Part shown: piece by piece, positions 19,010-29,554 of the stretch | How the letters are laid out: every line of letters starts with the position of its first letter | Numbering within the stretch: position 1 is the stretch's first letter | From: a virus | DNA length: 64,000 nt | Strand: one strand, 5' to 3' | IMG/VR virus record: IMGVR_UViG_3300015202_000003 | Span: 134,096 to 198,095 of that record | Position numbers and translations under genes: made by a program | Notes under the pieces: generated by a model | Database searches by the model: none | What the model was told of the DNA's origin: nothing | The model's input: only the letters and a program-made list of their open reading frames with translations

Positions 19010-20545
19010 ATGTCTAAAACAAAGGTATTGAGAGAGATTTTTGAAAGGATTGTTGTTTCTAATAAGGAAACCGATTTCGATGTTAATCCCCATTTATTTT
19101 TAGGGGAAAGCAAGATGCAAGTTTTGGGTATCAGTCCATTACACAGAGTAGGTTCTGAACAAATTGTTGAAAGAGACAAACCTCTTTCTTCCACTTCAAG
19201 TTCATCTGCTCCTAAAGATAATGGAAAATCCGATGAACAACATCAAGCGGAAATGGATTCTTGGTTAAAGCGCAATCAGGAGTTTATGGGTTCTCAAACT
19301 CCTGACGAACAAAAAGCTATTAAAAGTTGGAAGTCCAATCGTTACAAACAAAAAGCTTTTGGTATTACGGGACAATTAAAACCGGGAACTCCTTATAACA
19401 AAGAGTGGGCGGTTCGTCACCAACAAAGAGTAATGGTAAAGTCTCCTGACCAGAAATCTCTTCAAACTTCAAAAATAAAAGTTTTGAATATGATTAAGGT
19501 TACGAAGAAACGGGCAGCTTCAGGTCGCTGGAAAGTAAATTTTAAGAAGTCAATTGACAAGCGTCATGCTTTAGGTTTGAAAGCGGGTTCAGGAACAAGG
19601 AAATATAATCCCAAGAAACTTTTAAACAATAAGTCTTTTCAAAATCAAAAGTTTTACGATAAGCGCAAGGAGTTGATTCAAGCACATGGCGGCGAAGAGG
19701 GTGCGAAAAAACACGTTGATGATTTGATTGCAAAAGACAATTTAAATGTAAGGGCTTACAATGCTGGAAAAGAAGGTGCTGAAAAATTCTTTCATTCAAC
19801 TCTTACGGACGATCAACACAAGGAATTGGGTGGTTTGAGAGGCTTGTCAAAAGCGAAGAAAATCCGTCAATTTAAACAAGCTGCTCATCCTGATGTTTTA
19901 GACAAAATGGATAAGATGGTTGGTGGTGATGGTTATAAAGAAACGTCTAACTCAAAAGATTCCGATAAGAAAACAACTTCAAATAACACTTCAATTTCAA
20001 AAAGAAAAAGTTCAATTGCCAATGTTCAATTAGAAGAATCTTATTACAAACTTCCTTCTCAGAAGAAATTGAACGAAGCATTAGAGAACGACGAAGAATA
20101 TGCTACTTACGAACAGTTGTTCCAAACATATTTTCCTGATTTTGATGTTACTTATGTTGACACCGATGCTGGAGCAACTTTTACATTAACGGATGATGAT
20201 GGGGATGTTGTTTTAACTTTAGTTGTTTTAGAGAATGAAAATGACGAAGATGATTTGGAAGAAGAGACAGATACGGTAACAGTTTTCGTTGGGGACGGTT
20301 ATGAGTATTTAGAATCTGTTGTTCAATCTTATGAGGGAGACGAAGGCGTTTTCCCTTCCGAAGATTTAGAAGATTTCTTGGATGAAGCTTCACAGTTGTA
20401 TTACGATACTGAAGATGAGGAAGACGATGAGGTAGAAGATGACGACGGCGAAAATGTTTTACAACAAGATGGTATGGGTAACTTTGTTACAGTTGAAACT
20501 CCTTCTTCTTTAGCAAAAACAGAATCTGGATTTTACGGAGATTAA
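19010..20545 (+). CDS. Probable internal head/prohead core protein (basic and acidic halves)
   Basis: K/R-rich middle with KKSIDKRHALGL, reminiscent of the gp68 C-terminus; very acidic C-terminus; LGE-S, LEE-S and LNE-A motifs. Confidence 0.55.
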   Translation: MSKTKVLREIFERIVVSNKETDFDVNPHLFLGESKMQVLGISPLHRVGSEQIVERDKPLSSTSSSSAPKDNGKSDEQHQAEMDSWLKRNQEFMGSQTPDEQKAIKSWKSNRYKQKAFGITGQLKPGTPYNKEWAVRHQQRVMVKSPDQKSLQTSKIKVLNMIKVTKKRAASGRWKVNFKKSIDKRHALGLKAGSGTRKYNPKKLLNNKSFQNQKFYDKRKELIQAHGGEEGAKKHVDDLIAKDNLNVRAYNAGKEGAEKFFHSTLTDDQHKELGGLRGLSKAKKIRQFKQAAHPDVLDKMDKMVGGDGYKETSNSKDSDKKTTSNNTSISKRKSSIANVQLEESYYKLPSQKKLNEALENDEEYATYEQLFQTYFPDFDVTYVDTDAGATFTLTDDDGDVVLTLVVLENENDEDDLEEETDTVTVFVGDGYEYLESVVQSYEGDEGVFPSEDLEDFLDEASQLYYDTEDEEDDEVEDDDGENVLQQDGMGNFVTVETPSSLAKTESGFYGD

Positions 20546-20625
20546 AATTTAAAAAAATTAAATAAGAAGATAAGATAAACAATAACAATTAAACATCTTA
20601 TCTTTTTATTTAATTTTATTTTCAA

Positions 20626-23600
20626 ATGAAAAAACAAATTTCAGAGGGTTTTTTACCTTTAGAAAAATTCAACAAAGTTTTCTACAATGATCCTAAGTTA
20701 TGGTCTTCTTCGGCTAACAAGTTAGATTATAAATTTGAAGTTTTAAATACTAACAGTTGGAAAGTTTATTTACCTAACAGTGTTATCTTATATGTAAATA
20801 CGAAAGGGGATTTTTATATTGAATCTAAAGAGAGAGATGTTCAAATTGCATTGGATTCAATGGCTGTAGTTTGGAGTGATTTATATTTAAAAGACATGTA
20901 TGAGATAGAAGATTTTTTTAAATTTGTAAATGAAACAATAGAAAAGAAATTACCCAAACAAACTCCTCTTTCTTACCCAACAATTTCCATTGAAAATTTA
21001 AATTTAAGTTCAACAGATTCTCAAATAAAAAGATTACAAGAAATAGCTGTTTTAGCTAAAAAATATGGTTTTAAATCTAAACTAAGTAGAAATGCTTCTT
21101 ATGTAGATTGTGGTAAATTAGCAGATGGTGTAGAATTTAACATAGGTTTTAGTGGAAACCTTTCTTTTACGGGCTTTGATTGTAAAAAATGGGAGTGGCT
21201 TTTCCCTCTTCAAAGAGGTTTAGGAAGAGATTTAAAAGACATTGAAGTTTTATTTCAATTAATTAAAAAACAAAATTCTTCTTTAATAATTAAAGAGTCT
21301 TCAAACTTGGAAGCTGTCAAATCATTACAGAAAAGACTGTTTAAAAATTTAAATTTGGAAGTAGAAAAAGCGGGTTTTGAGCCGGGAGAAGTTTTAGAAA
21401 TTACGACTTTTTCTAACAAAGTTTTGATTCATCTAACAGCAGATAAAAAAGAAGATTTAACGGAATTAGAAAACATTATTTCTAATAATGAAGTTATTAA
21501 ATCTATAGACTCGGACAGTTTAGACTGGGAAGGGCATAACGATTTTATGTCTTCTGTCAATATTTCTTTAAAACAAATTAAAGAATCTTATGATGATGAA
21601 GAAGACGACGGAGATTTTTCTCGTAGTCTTCCAGACATAGAATCTGACATTAAAGCAAAAGAACCTCAAGAAAAAGATAATAGAGAAGAAGAGCTAACTA
21701 ATTTTATTAAATCTTTGTTGGGTTCTTCCGTTAGATTAAAGACGGTTAAAAAATCAAAAACAAAAGTTTCTTTGATAGGAACTAATAAAGGAAAGACGGT
21801 TCAAATAGATTATGACAGTTCTAATTCAATAGAAGCCACAGTTTTAACTCTTTCGGTTTCTCCTGAACTTTTAGTTAAAGACAAGTTAAAAAAATACAAT
21901 TCTTTCTTTTTAGGGGATGGAGATTTGTGTTTTCAAAAAGAGGCAGTAGAACCTATCGGTTCTTTCATAAATAAAATGATTAAATTTAAAAACCCTTCTT
22001 CTTTACGAGAAGACGTTAATCCAGACAACGAAGATGCTGTCTTAGATTTGGACAGAGTGGAGACTTTGTTAGACAATCTTTTTTCTGATTTCAATATGGA
22101 ATCTAAAATTGAAGGTGGAACATTAACTTACGGTTATTTAGAAGACGGCGACACTCTTGAAATCACAGAGGAGGGCGAAGTTTCTTATGATGGTTTAATG
22201 GAGTTGGCAACCAAAGTTTTTTCGGAAGATTCCGAAATTGATTCTTTTGACGATGAAGATGATTTAAATTCTTTTCTTTCGGATTTTGCTTCTGCTTTTA
22301 CGGAAGTCATGGAAGCATTAGAAGAAACCGTTCCCGATTCAGAAGATGAAAAAGAAGATGTAACCGAGGAAGGAGAGGTTTCCGAATCTTACAATCCCAA
22401 AAAAGGAGGCAGAGTTGTTTTTGAATTAGAAGGCGAAGTTTACGGGGGACAAATTTTAACTTGTGAGAATCTATCTGTTTCAAAGACTCCGAATTGGAAC
22501 ATTGTTTTCTTAGATGAAGAAAACGAAATTCAAAATATTACACAAGATAGAGATGGGGCTTTAAATTTTAAATTTTCTCGTTTAGAAAATAAAGTAGGAA
22601 AAACAAATTCTTTATTAGAACAGGTAGAGAATCTAAGTCCAGACATCTTAACTTCTCTTTCTGAAGGAATTTTTAGGGCGGTAGAAGTTTTTCCTGAGTT
22701 GTCAATTGAACAAGTTTTTGAAACACTTTCAGTTTTCAAGGGCGGTTTATTTGAAGGTTTTCAGTTTCGTCGCACGGTTCACGGTTTAGTAAAACAAAGA
22801 ACTGGTTTAATTCATCATACTGCGGCTCAAATTGCGGGTTTCCGTCATGCTGCTCGTATTCGTGCCCGCAAGCCAAAAATGAGTGCAACGATTAGAAATA
22901 AAATTAAAAGAAGTTTAATCAAAGCACATAGGAAAGGTTTCTTCAAAGATGCTTTAGTAACTCGCAGAGTGGGTAAGTTTGGTTTACAACAGAACAGACT
23001 AAAGAAATTTAATTCTTCTAACAGGTTTCAAAAACCTGATTTAATGACAAAACCTGTTGTTCAACATCCTCAATTAGCTTTTTCAAAACACGAATCTAAT
23101 AGAACAAACAGAAAGAACCCATTTTTAATGGAGTCTAATGAATTGGAAGATTATGGCGATGAAGGGACTGTCAAACAAATTTTAAATTTTATTGCTCGTT
23201 ATTATCGTAAAGCAAACGGCTGTCTCACTCCTAATTTGACGGGTCTTTTTAAATCTGAGAATATCAACCCAACTTCGGGTTTGAAAATTCTTGATGGTTT
23301 AGTAAAGTCGGGTTATTTAACGCAAAAAGCCTATGGGGACAAAGAAGAAGAAACTTTTGAATACGAGTTTTCTTCTCAGGGAATAAACTGGTATAAAGGA
23401 TTAAAAGAATCTTTAATGGAAGATGATTCGGATTCTCTTAAAAATACAACTTTAAAAATTCTTTCTTGGGTAATTGAATTAGATTCAAAAGACGAATCTT
23501 TTACGTTAACTAATAAAAAATCGAAAGTTAACATCGAAGTTTCAAAATCAGATGATGCTAAAAACTACGCTGCTTTATTAAAACTAATGGATGAGGAAGA

Positions 23601-24075
23601 AGTAACTGTAAGAGTTTCTGCTTTCTTCAAACTCCTTCCCGGTCTAAAGAAAGTGCAAGAGAGTCGTTTTGTTAGCTTATTCAACGATTCGGACGCGGAT
23701 GAGGAAGAAGAGTTGACTTACGAAGATGGTTATTTAATGTTGGGGGATTATAGGTTTATTAACAGAAAATTTTCTTCTTTAGATAAGGCTCAAAAATGGT
23801 TGAAAACTCTCAAACTAAAATTTTCAATTAAAGACCCAGAAGATGAGGGGTATCACGAAGACGATAAAGTTTCCGAGGGTTATTCTTTTAAATCTAATAA
23901 AAATTTAAAAGAGAACAATACAAAAACTTATACGGCCAATTACGAAGAAACAGATTTTTATAAATTTGGTTCCTTGGCGGGCAGAGTAAAAGCTCAAGCT
24001 AAAGCCCGCGAGCGTTCCATTGCGGAATCAACGGGAAGAAAGTTTAGAGACTTAGTTTCTTTAACTGAGCATTAA
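20626..24075 (+). CDS. Large multi-module probable internal head polyprotein
   Basis: 1149 aa punctuated by (I/L/V)xE-(S/G/D) motifs; contains acidic modules and a basic gp68-like segment (RHAARIRARK...KIKRSLIKAHRKG). Confidence 0.55.
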   Translation: MKKQISEGFLPLEKFNKVFYNDPKLWSSSANKLDYKFEVLNTNSWKVYLPNSVILYVNTKGDFYIESKERDVQIALDSMAVVWSDLYLKDMYEIEDFFKFVNETIEKKLPKQTPLSYPTISIENLNLSSTDSQIKRLQEIAVLAKKYGFKSKLSRNASYVDCGKLADGVEFNIGFSGNLSFTGFDCKKWEWLFPLQRGLGRDLKDIEVLFQLIKKQNSSLIIKESSNLEAVKSLQKRLFKNLNLEVEKAGFEPGEVLEITTFSNKVLIHLTADKKEDLTELENIISNNEVIKSIDSDSLDWEGHNDFMSSVNISLKQIKESYDDEEDDGDFSRSLPDIESDIKAKEPQEKDNREEELTNFIKSLLGSSVRLKTVKKSKTKVSLIGTNKGKTVQIDYDSSNSIEATVLTLSVSPELLVKDKLKKYNSFFLGDGDLCFQKEAVEPIGSFINKMIKFKNPSSLREDVNPDNEDAVLDLDRVETLLDNLFSDFNMESKIEGGTLTYGYLEDGDTLEITEEGEVSYDGLMELATKVFSEDSEIDSFDDEDDLNSFLSDFASAFTEVMEALEETVPDSEDEKEDVTEEGEVSESYNPKKGGRVVFELEGEVYGGQILTCENLSVSKTPNWNIVFLDEENEIQNITQDRDGALNFKFSRLENKVGKTNSLLEQVENLSPDILTSLSEGIFRAVEVFPELSIEQVFETLSVFKGGLFEGFQFRRTVHGLVKQRTGLIHHTAAQIAGFRHAARIRARKPKMSATIRNKIKRSLIKAHRKGFFKDALVTRRVGKFGLQQNRLKKFNSSNRFQKPDLMTKPVVQHPQLAFSKHESNRTNRKNPFLMESNELEDYGDEGTVKQILNFIARYYRKANGCLTPNLTGLFKSENINPTSGLKILDGLVKSGYLTQKAYGDKEEETFEYEFSSQGINWYKGLKESLMEDDSDSLKNTTLKILSWVIELDSKDESFTLTNKKSKVNIEVSKSDDAKNYAALLKLMDEEEVTVRVSAFFKLLPGLKKVQESRFVSLFNDSDADEEEELTYEDGYLMLGDYRFINRKFSSLDKAQKWLKTLKLKFSIKDPEDEGYHEDDKVSEGYSFKSNKNLKENNTKTYTANYEETDFYKFGSLAGRVKAQAKARERSIAESTGRKFRDLVSLTEH

Positions 24076-24095
24076 AAAGAGATTATAAACAAATT

Positions 24096-24130
24096 AAAAA
24101 GACCTTATCTTTTTTGATAAGGTCTTTTTT
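24096..24130 (+). terminator. Intrinsic terminator
   Basis: AAAAAGACCTTATC-loop-GATAAGGTCTTTTTT. Confidence 0.75.
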
Positions 24131-24190
24131 GTTGTATATATTAAATAAATAAATAAATAAAGAAGTAGGAGACAACAAAAACCTTAAAAA

Positions 24191-24808
24191 ATGTTTGACA
24201 TAGAAAAACTATCTTTTCCAAGCATAGACCCTCAAACCAACGAAGTAAATTATTTGAGGGATAGGTTTTACGAATCTCTTTCTATCAGGGGATATAAAGC
24301 AAAAATTTATTTGGTAACATCTGAAACGGACGATTACAACATGGATGCTAATAATATTTCCTATAAGGAACCTATTTCAAGTTTTTTACATTTGGAAGAA
24401 TACCCTAAAAGAACAATTTTATCGGCATTTGGTTGGATGAGTGAAACAGATCAACAACAACCGATAGCTTATTTACCTACATATTATTACGATCCAATAA
24501 CAAAAGAACAGTTTAATTTTTATCCGAAAAGAAATACAAAAATAGAATTAGAGTATGATTCTTTATTTAGCGAACATTCTTCTCGTTTATTTTTAGTTTC
24601 TGACATTCAAGCGGATAGTCCTCATGTTATTAATTGGATTTGTTTGTTAGTTCCTCATAGGGAGAAGTTAGTTCTTCCTATTTCAACGATTCCTCTTCCT
24701 GACGACGATTTAGTTTCACAAACAAGTTTCGATGCGACTTCTACGGGGCCAATCGGAGATTCTGATTTTAGATATTTAAATCCTAACAGTCCTAATAGGA
24801 GAAGTTAG
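24191..24808 (+). CDS. Head completion/neck protein (gp14-like)
   Basis: 'FYESLSIRG...IYL' N-terminus and position among neck and tail genes. Confidence 0.5.
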   Translation: MFDIEKLSFPSIDPQTNEVNYLRDRFYESLSIRGYKAKIYLVTSETDDYNMDANNISYKEPISSFLHLEEYPKRTILSAFGWMSETDQQQPIAYLPTYYYDPITKEQFNFYPKRNTKIELEYDSLFSEHSSRLFLVSDIQADSPHVINWICLLVPHREKLVLPISTIPLPDDDLVSQTSFDATSTGPIGDSDFRYLNPNSPNRRS

Positions 24809-24875
24809 TTAATTAATTTAACTTAGAGTTTTAATTTTTTGTATTTTTATAGTTTAATTTTTAAAAATTTAAAAA

Positions 24876-25268
24876 GTGTTACCTTCTCATTTAATTTTCA
24901 AGTTTCATAATTCTCATTTAAAGAAAAATAAGTTTTATGGAACTTTGGATTCAAAAAACAAGTTAAAATTTGAACAGAAATTAGAAGAAAAACATTTTAA
25001 ATTTTTAGAGAGTTTGTGGAATAAAAGACCTAAAGAATATGAGAAGTTTAAAATAGAAAAGATTAAACATATAAATCATCTGTTTACGATAAGACCTAAA
25101 ATCTCTTCTTATGTAGAAGAAAGGGAGTTGAAAGAAATAGAGTATGGAAGTTTAGATTCCAAGAGAAAACAAAAACCCCATAAATTTTTAAATGGGGTTT
25201 TCAATAAATTAAAAGAGAAGTCTCATATTTTAATAAAAGAGACAGAAAAAGAATTTAAAAAAATATAA
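24876..25268 (+). CDS. Basic hypothetical protein (possible tail completion)
   Basis: K-rich 130-aa ORF with EIEYGS motif; synteny. Confidence 0.45.
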   Translation: MLPSHLIFKFHNSHLKKNKFYGTLDSKNKLKFEQKLEEKHFKFLESLWNKRPKEYEKFKIEKIKHINHLFTIRPKISSYVEERELKEIEYGSLDSKRKQKPHKFLNGVFNKLKEKSHILIKETEKEFKKI

Positions 25269-25269
25269 T

Positions 25270-25863
25270 ATGTTTTTAACCTTGTATTCTAAAGCGGTAA
25301 CACAAAAAATAAAAGCGATTTTTCCGAATACTTTTTATTCTCTTCCAGAACAATTGTTAGAAAAAGCGGCAATTCAAACAACGCCGTCCAATCTTCCAAT
25401 TTTACCTGTGTTGGGGGTTTATCGTTCAAGTTGGGAAATAATACAAGATCAATCTTACGTTCAAAGTTTTCAAGGAGTAGCGGGTTTAAGAAGTCCTTCT
25501 AATACGAACGGGAATTTTTTGAAATTGAAAAGACAAGGAATAAAAATAATTTTTCAATTTGATATTGTTTCCAACACACAAAGGGAAATGGACACTGTAG
25601 CGGAGGAGTTGTATTGGTTTTTAATTTCTTATCCGAAAGTTTCTTTTCAAATTAAGAATCCGTTTCCTTTTACTTTTAACGAATCAAATTTAATTTTTCA
25701 AAATGTAACGGACAACTCTTCTCCCAATGAATTTAAACAGAGTGGTTATTTATATCGAACGACTTATGATTTTTCTTTAGAGGGTTGTTATTTAATAAAT
25801 TGGGCTAATTGGGAGGAGATAAGACAGATAGATGTTGGATTGGAATTAATAACTTCCGATTAA
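25270..25863 (+). CDS. Tail terminator/completion protein (gp15-like)
   Basis: ILPVLGVYR, FQFDIVS.TQREMD, LYRTTYDFSLEG; just upstream of the sheath gene. Confidence 0.6.
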   Translation: MFLTLYSKAVTQKIKAIFPNTFYSLPEQLLEKAAIQTTPSNLPILPVLGVYRSSWEIIQDQSYVQSFQGVAGLRSPSNTNGNFLKLKRQGIKIIFQFDIVSNTQREMDTVAEELYWFLISYPKVSFQIKNPFPFTFNESNLIFQNVTDNSSPNEFKQSGYLYRTTYDFSLEGCYLINWANWEEIRQIDVGLELITSD

Positions 25864-25938
25864 ACTTTTAACAAATCTAAAATTAAATTTGTCTCATTTT
25901 TATTTTAATTTATCATAAAGAAGAAAAGACCTATTAAG

Positions 25939-26292
25939 ATGAAATATCAAATAAGGAACATTACAAGACAAGTTTTAAATTTGGAGGGTGGGATTACGTT
26001 GTTAGGGGGTCAAACAATTATTGGAGAGAAAACTTTTAAAATTGAAACGTATGAACAGCGTGGTTATGTGGCTTTGGTAGAACAGACCGAGGAGGAAGAA
26101 AAGTTAAATTCTTCTGAAGAAAACAAAACTGAGCCGATTGAAGCTGAGAGTGTTTCTACGGGTGTTTCGAGAATTGTTTCCAATGAAATTGAGCCTTTAA
26201 GTTCTTTAAATCAAAAAAACACGAAAGAGCCTATAAAAGAGACACCTAATTCTAAAGACACTAAGATTCTCTCTACTCCCCTTGTTTCCTAA
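25939..26292 (+). CDS. Small hypothetical virion-associated protein
   Basis: Short folded N-terminus plus disordered tail; pre-sheath position. Confidence 0.55.
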   Translation: MKYQIRNITRQVLNLEGGITLLGGQTIIGEKTFKIETYEQRGYVALVEQTEEEEKLNSSEENKTEPIEAESVSTGVSRIVSNEIEPLSSLNQKNTKEPIKETPNSKDTKILSTPLVS

Positions 26293-26332
26293 GTTTTGGT
26301 TTAGACAGTTTCTAAATTTTAAATTATAAATT

Positions 26333-27862
26333 ATGCTTGAATCTGCTGGAATTTTATTAACAGAAACGGAAGTCCCAATTTCCGATACAACGGTATCTCA
26401 AACTGTTATTGGTATGGTGGGAACGGCTCATAAAGGCCCGTTTAATACACCGACTTTAATTAGAAATTTGAGTGGTTACGTTTCAACTTTTGGGGTTGTG
26501 GACACCAACTCTTTTGGTAGTTTGGCAGCTTATCAATATTTAAGAAACGGCAACCAGTTATGGTATTGTCGTGTAGGAAATGCTGTTGTTTCTCCTTCTC
26601 AAACACCTGCCGCAAATTATTCTTCTTCTTCTTTTACTAATTTTAAATTAAGTGCATTAACAAAAGGAATTTGGGGAAATGACATTGCTGTTCGATTTGT
26701 TTACCCAAACCCTGATAGCGATGCAACTATTTTTAATTTAGAAGTTCATTCTTTAAATTCTCAAGGGAAATATGTTTTACGAGAATACATTAAAGGTTTA
26801 ACTTTAACACCGACTTCTTCCAATTTTATTTTAACTCGTTTAGGAACAAAGAGCAGTGATGTTGTTTCGCCTAATGAATCAGGATATATAGTTGCAGAAA
26901 TTTTAACTTCTGCGTTAACCCGTCCAACTGCAACTGTTGTGGGGGCATTTCTTCCTCTTTCTGGGGGTCAAAGCGGTTTAAGTCCAACAATTGCGGAAGT
27001 AGTTGGAACAACTGTTAATGGAGTTTCAACGGGTATTCAATGTTTTTCTTCTTTAGAGAACATGAATATTAATGTTATTTCGGCTCCCGGCTATACAGAG
27101 CCTACTCACATAAATGCCTTAATTACATTGGCAGAGTCTCGTTTAGATGTAATTGCTTTAGTTGACCCTCCACAAGGTTTAACTGTTCAACAAATGACAA
27201 CTTGGCAATTAGATTATGTTAGTTCTTATGCTGCGGTTTATTGGCCTTGGGTTCAAGTGTTAACACCTGACAAAACAGCTGCGGTTTTCGTCCCACCTTC
27301 TTCTGTTGTTGGGGGACAAATGGCTTATAACGACAGAGTAGGCTATCCTTGGTTTGCTCCTGCGGGTTGGGATAGAGGTTTAGTAACAAACGCAATTGGT
27401 GTTGAATATATAACAAATATTTCGGACAGAGATTTACTTCAAAGCGATAATAATTCTGTTAATCCAATTGTTTATGTTAGAGGGAGAGGAGTTGCTTTAT
27501 GGGGACAGAAAACCTTGGCAAGAGAAGCATTGTTAGTGAACCGAGTTAATGTTCGGAGATTGGTTCTTTATTTACGCAAAGAGATTGGGAGAGTTGCTTC
27601 TAATTTATTATTTGAACAAAACGATTCGTCTACATGGGCCAGATTTGCAATGGCGGCAGACCCAATTTTAGCTTCCGTTAAAAATTCCAGAGGTATTTCA
27701 GATTTTAAAATTAGATTTGATGGGACAACAACTTCTCAAGAAGATATTCGTAACAATCGTATGAACGGTGTAATTTATATTAAGCCTGTTAATGCTGCGG
27801 AATATATTTATTTGAATTTTACTTTAACTCCGTTGGGAGTAGATTTCAATTCTTTGGCTTAA
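26333..27862 (+). CDS. Tail sheath protein (gp18-like)
   Basis: GTAHKGPFNTP, YWPW, VPPS, PWFAPAG..RG, WGQKTL and RVNVRRL motifs. Confidence 0.96.
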   Translation: MLESAGILLTETEVPISDTTVSQTVIGMVGTAHKGPFNTPTLIRNLSGYVSTFGVVDTNSFGSLAAYQYLRNGNQLWYCRVGNAVVSPSQTPAANYSSSSFTNFKLSALTKGIWGNDIAVRFVYPNPDSDATIFNLEVHSLNSQGKYVLREYIKGLTLTPTSSNFILTRLGTKSSDVVSPNESGYIVAEILTSALTRPTATVVGAFLPLSGGQSGLSPTIAEVVGTTVNGVSTGIQCFSSLENMNINVISAPGYTEPTHINALITLAESRLDVIALVDPPQGLTVQQMTTWQLDYVSSYAAVYWPWVQVLTPDKTAAVFVPPSSVVGGQMAYNDRVGYPWFAPAGWDRGLVTNAIGVEYITNISDRDLLQSDNNSVNPIVYVRGRGVALWGQKTLAREALLVNRVNVRRLVLYLRKEIGRVASNLLFEQNDSSTWARFAMAADPILASVKNSRGISDFKIRFDGTTTSQEDIRNNRMNGVIYIKPVNAAEYIYLNFTLTPLGVDFNSLA

Positions 27863-27887
27863 AATTAAAATAGAAAATTAAAATATT

Positions 27888-28580
27888 ATGGCAGATTTTT
27901 TCACTCAAGCAGACACTTTAGACACTACATCTTCAGAAGATAGAGGTGCATCCCGTGCGATGGGCTACGGTTCTTTAGCAGACGATAGGCAATACGAAGT
28001 TCAAAGGGGCAATCATTTCACTGTGATTTTCGGCCCTGCTTCTTCTAAGGACGCAAAAGCCTCCGACGATGTTTGGATTAAGACAATTGAAATGGCGGTA
28101 GAAGGTTTATCTCTTCCCAATATAACTGTGGATGCCATGAGTTTAAGTAGGGGAAATCAGACTTATAAAGTAGCGGGTAAAGTTCAAATTGAATTTGGAG
28201 AATTAACTTTACGAGATTTTATAACGGCGGATACAGAGGCCATGTTAATGAACTGGTTTTCCAAAGTTTATAATCCACAGACGGCGCAAATAGGTTTTGC
28301 GGCGGATTATAAACGACAAGCAAGGTTAATAGAGTATTCTCCAGACGGCTCTGTAGCGCGTAATTGGAAATTGGAGGGGTGTTGGCCTTCTACAATGACT
28401 TCCGGAGCTTTGAGTTCTGATAACAGCGAAAAGAAACAGGTAACTTGCCAAGTCCAAGTGGACAATGCTTACCCGATTGATCTGAGCGGAAATCTAAGAA
28501 TTTCTTCATCCACATCTCCTGTAAATCCTCTTGTAAATAATTTAATTCGTATTCCTTCTGGAGGCGCTCTAAATGTTTAA
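27888..28580 (+). CDS. Tail tube protein (gp19-like)
   Basis: YKVAGK, DYKRQARL.EY.PDG...R.WKLEGCWP motifs; follows the sheath gene. Confidence 0.9.
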   Translation: MADFFTQADTLDTTSSEDRGASRAMGYGSLADDRQYEVQRGNHFTVIFGPASSKDAKASDDVWIKTIEMAVEGLSLPNITVDAMSLSRGNQTYKVAGKVQIEFGELTLRDFITADTEAMLMNWFSKVYNPQTAQIGFAADYKRQARLIEYSPDGSVARNWKLEGCWPSTMTSGALSSDNSEKKQVTCQVQVDNAYPIDLSGNLRISSSTSPVNPLVNNLIRIPSGGALNV

Positions 28581-28693
28581 TATTAAAAGTGGTTAGGTTT
28601 ATTATTTTAAATATAATAGCGTTTACGATTGCATTTACTTTGTTTTATCCTGCTATTCACAGCATAGAAACAAAAAAATTATTTTTAAAAAAG

Positions 28694-28722
28694 TAGACAT
28701 TTCTATAACAATTTAGTAAAAT
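28694..28722 (+). promoter_or_regulatory. sigma70-like promoter candidate upstream of the tail chaperone gene
   Basis: TAGACA-N17-TAAAAT. Confidence 0.5.
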
Positions 28723-28786
28723 AAAATAAGAGTTATAAAAAGAGGATTTTAACAAAAACAATCCTCTTTTTCATTAAAAGTTTTCA

Positions 28787-29554
28787 ATGTCAACAAAATT
28801 TCAAGAAGAGGTAATGTTACCTTCAAAAGGTTTAGCTTATCCACAGGGCTATATTCCAGAGGGAAAAGTAGTTATTTCGATGATGGGCACCCAAGAAGAA
28901 AAAATCTTAGCGGGCGGTAAGATGAATTTCAATACGATGTTAACCACAATTTTGGACAGATTAATTGTCAGTCCAAAAATTGAAAGTTCAAAATTGTTAA
29001 CATTGGACAGAATGTTTCTTTTAATTAAAATTAGAGTTTTATCTTTAGGTTCTAAATATTCATTTAAAATGAAATGTTCTGAGTGCGGGGAAGAATCAGA
29101 GTTTGAGGTAGAATTAGCGGAGTTAGAAATCAAAGACTTTCCAGATAATTGGACGGAACCGTTGGCTTGTCATTTACCAATTTTAGATGAAGAAATAAAA
29201 TTAAGACTTTTACGGGCAACGGACGAAGTGGATGTAGATAGATATGTTCAAAAATTAAGGGCGAAGAACGCAAGATTATTTCAACAGGGCGATCCAACTT
29301 ATATTCCTTTAATGGCAAAGGCTGTAGTTTCTACTTCTAATTTAGAAGAGAGTTCTTTGTTTCAAGATAAGATAGCATGGGTTCAAGAATTAAAATCAAG
29401 AGATTCTATAGCGATTCAGGATACGTTAAGCGATAACGATTTTGGGGTAGTCATGCAAACCGAAGTGACTTGTCCCGTCTGTGGTGCGGAATTGGATGGA
29501 GTAAATATTGGGTTAGACCCCAGTTTTTTTCGCCCCCGCTCCCGTTCAAAATAA
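28787..29554 (+). CDS. Tail/baseplate-hub assembly chaperone (gp26-like, two CxxC)
   Basis: LPSKG..Y, DRMFLLIKIR..S.G, CSECG, CPVCG; ends SFFRP; lies before the tape measure gene. Confidence 0.85.
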   Translation: MSTKFQEEVMLPSKGLAYPQGYIPEGKVVISMMGTQEEKILAGGKMNFNTMLTTILDRLIVSPKIESSKLLTLDRMFLLIKIRVLSLGSKYSFKMKCSECGEESEFEVELAELEIKDFPDNWTEPLACHLPILDEEIKLRLLRATDEVDVDRYVQKLRAKNARLFQQGDPTYIPLMAKAVVSTSNLEESSLFQDKIAWVQELKSRDSIAIQDTLSDNDFGVVMQTEVTCPVCGAELDGVNIGLDPSFFRPRSRSK

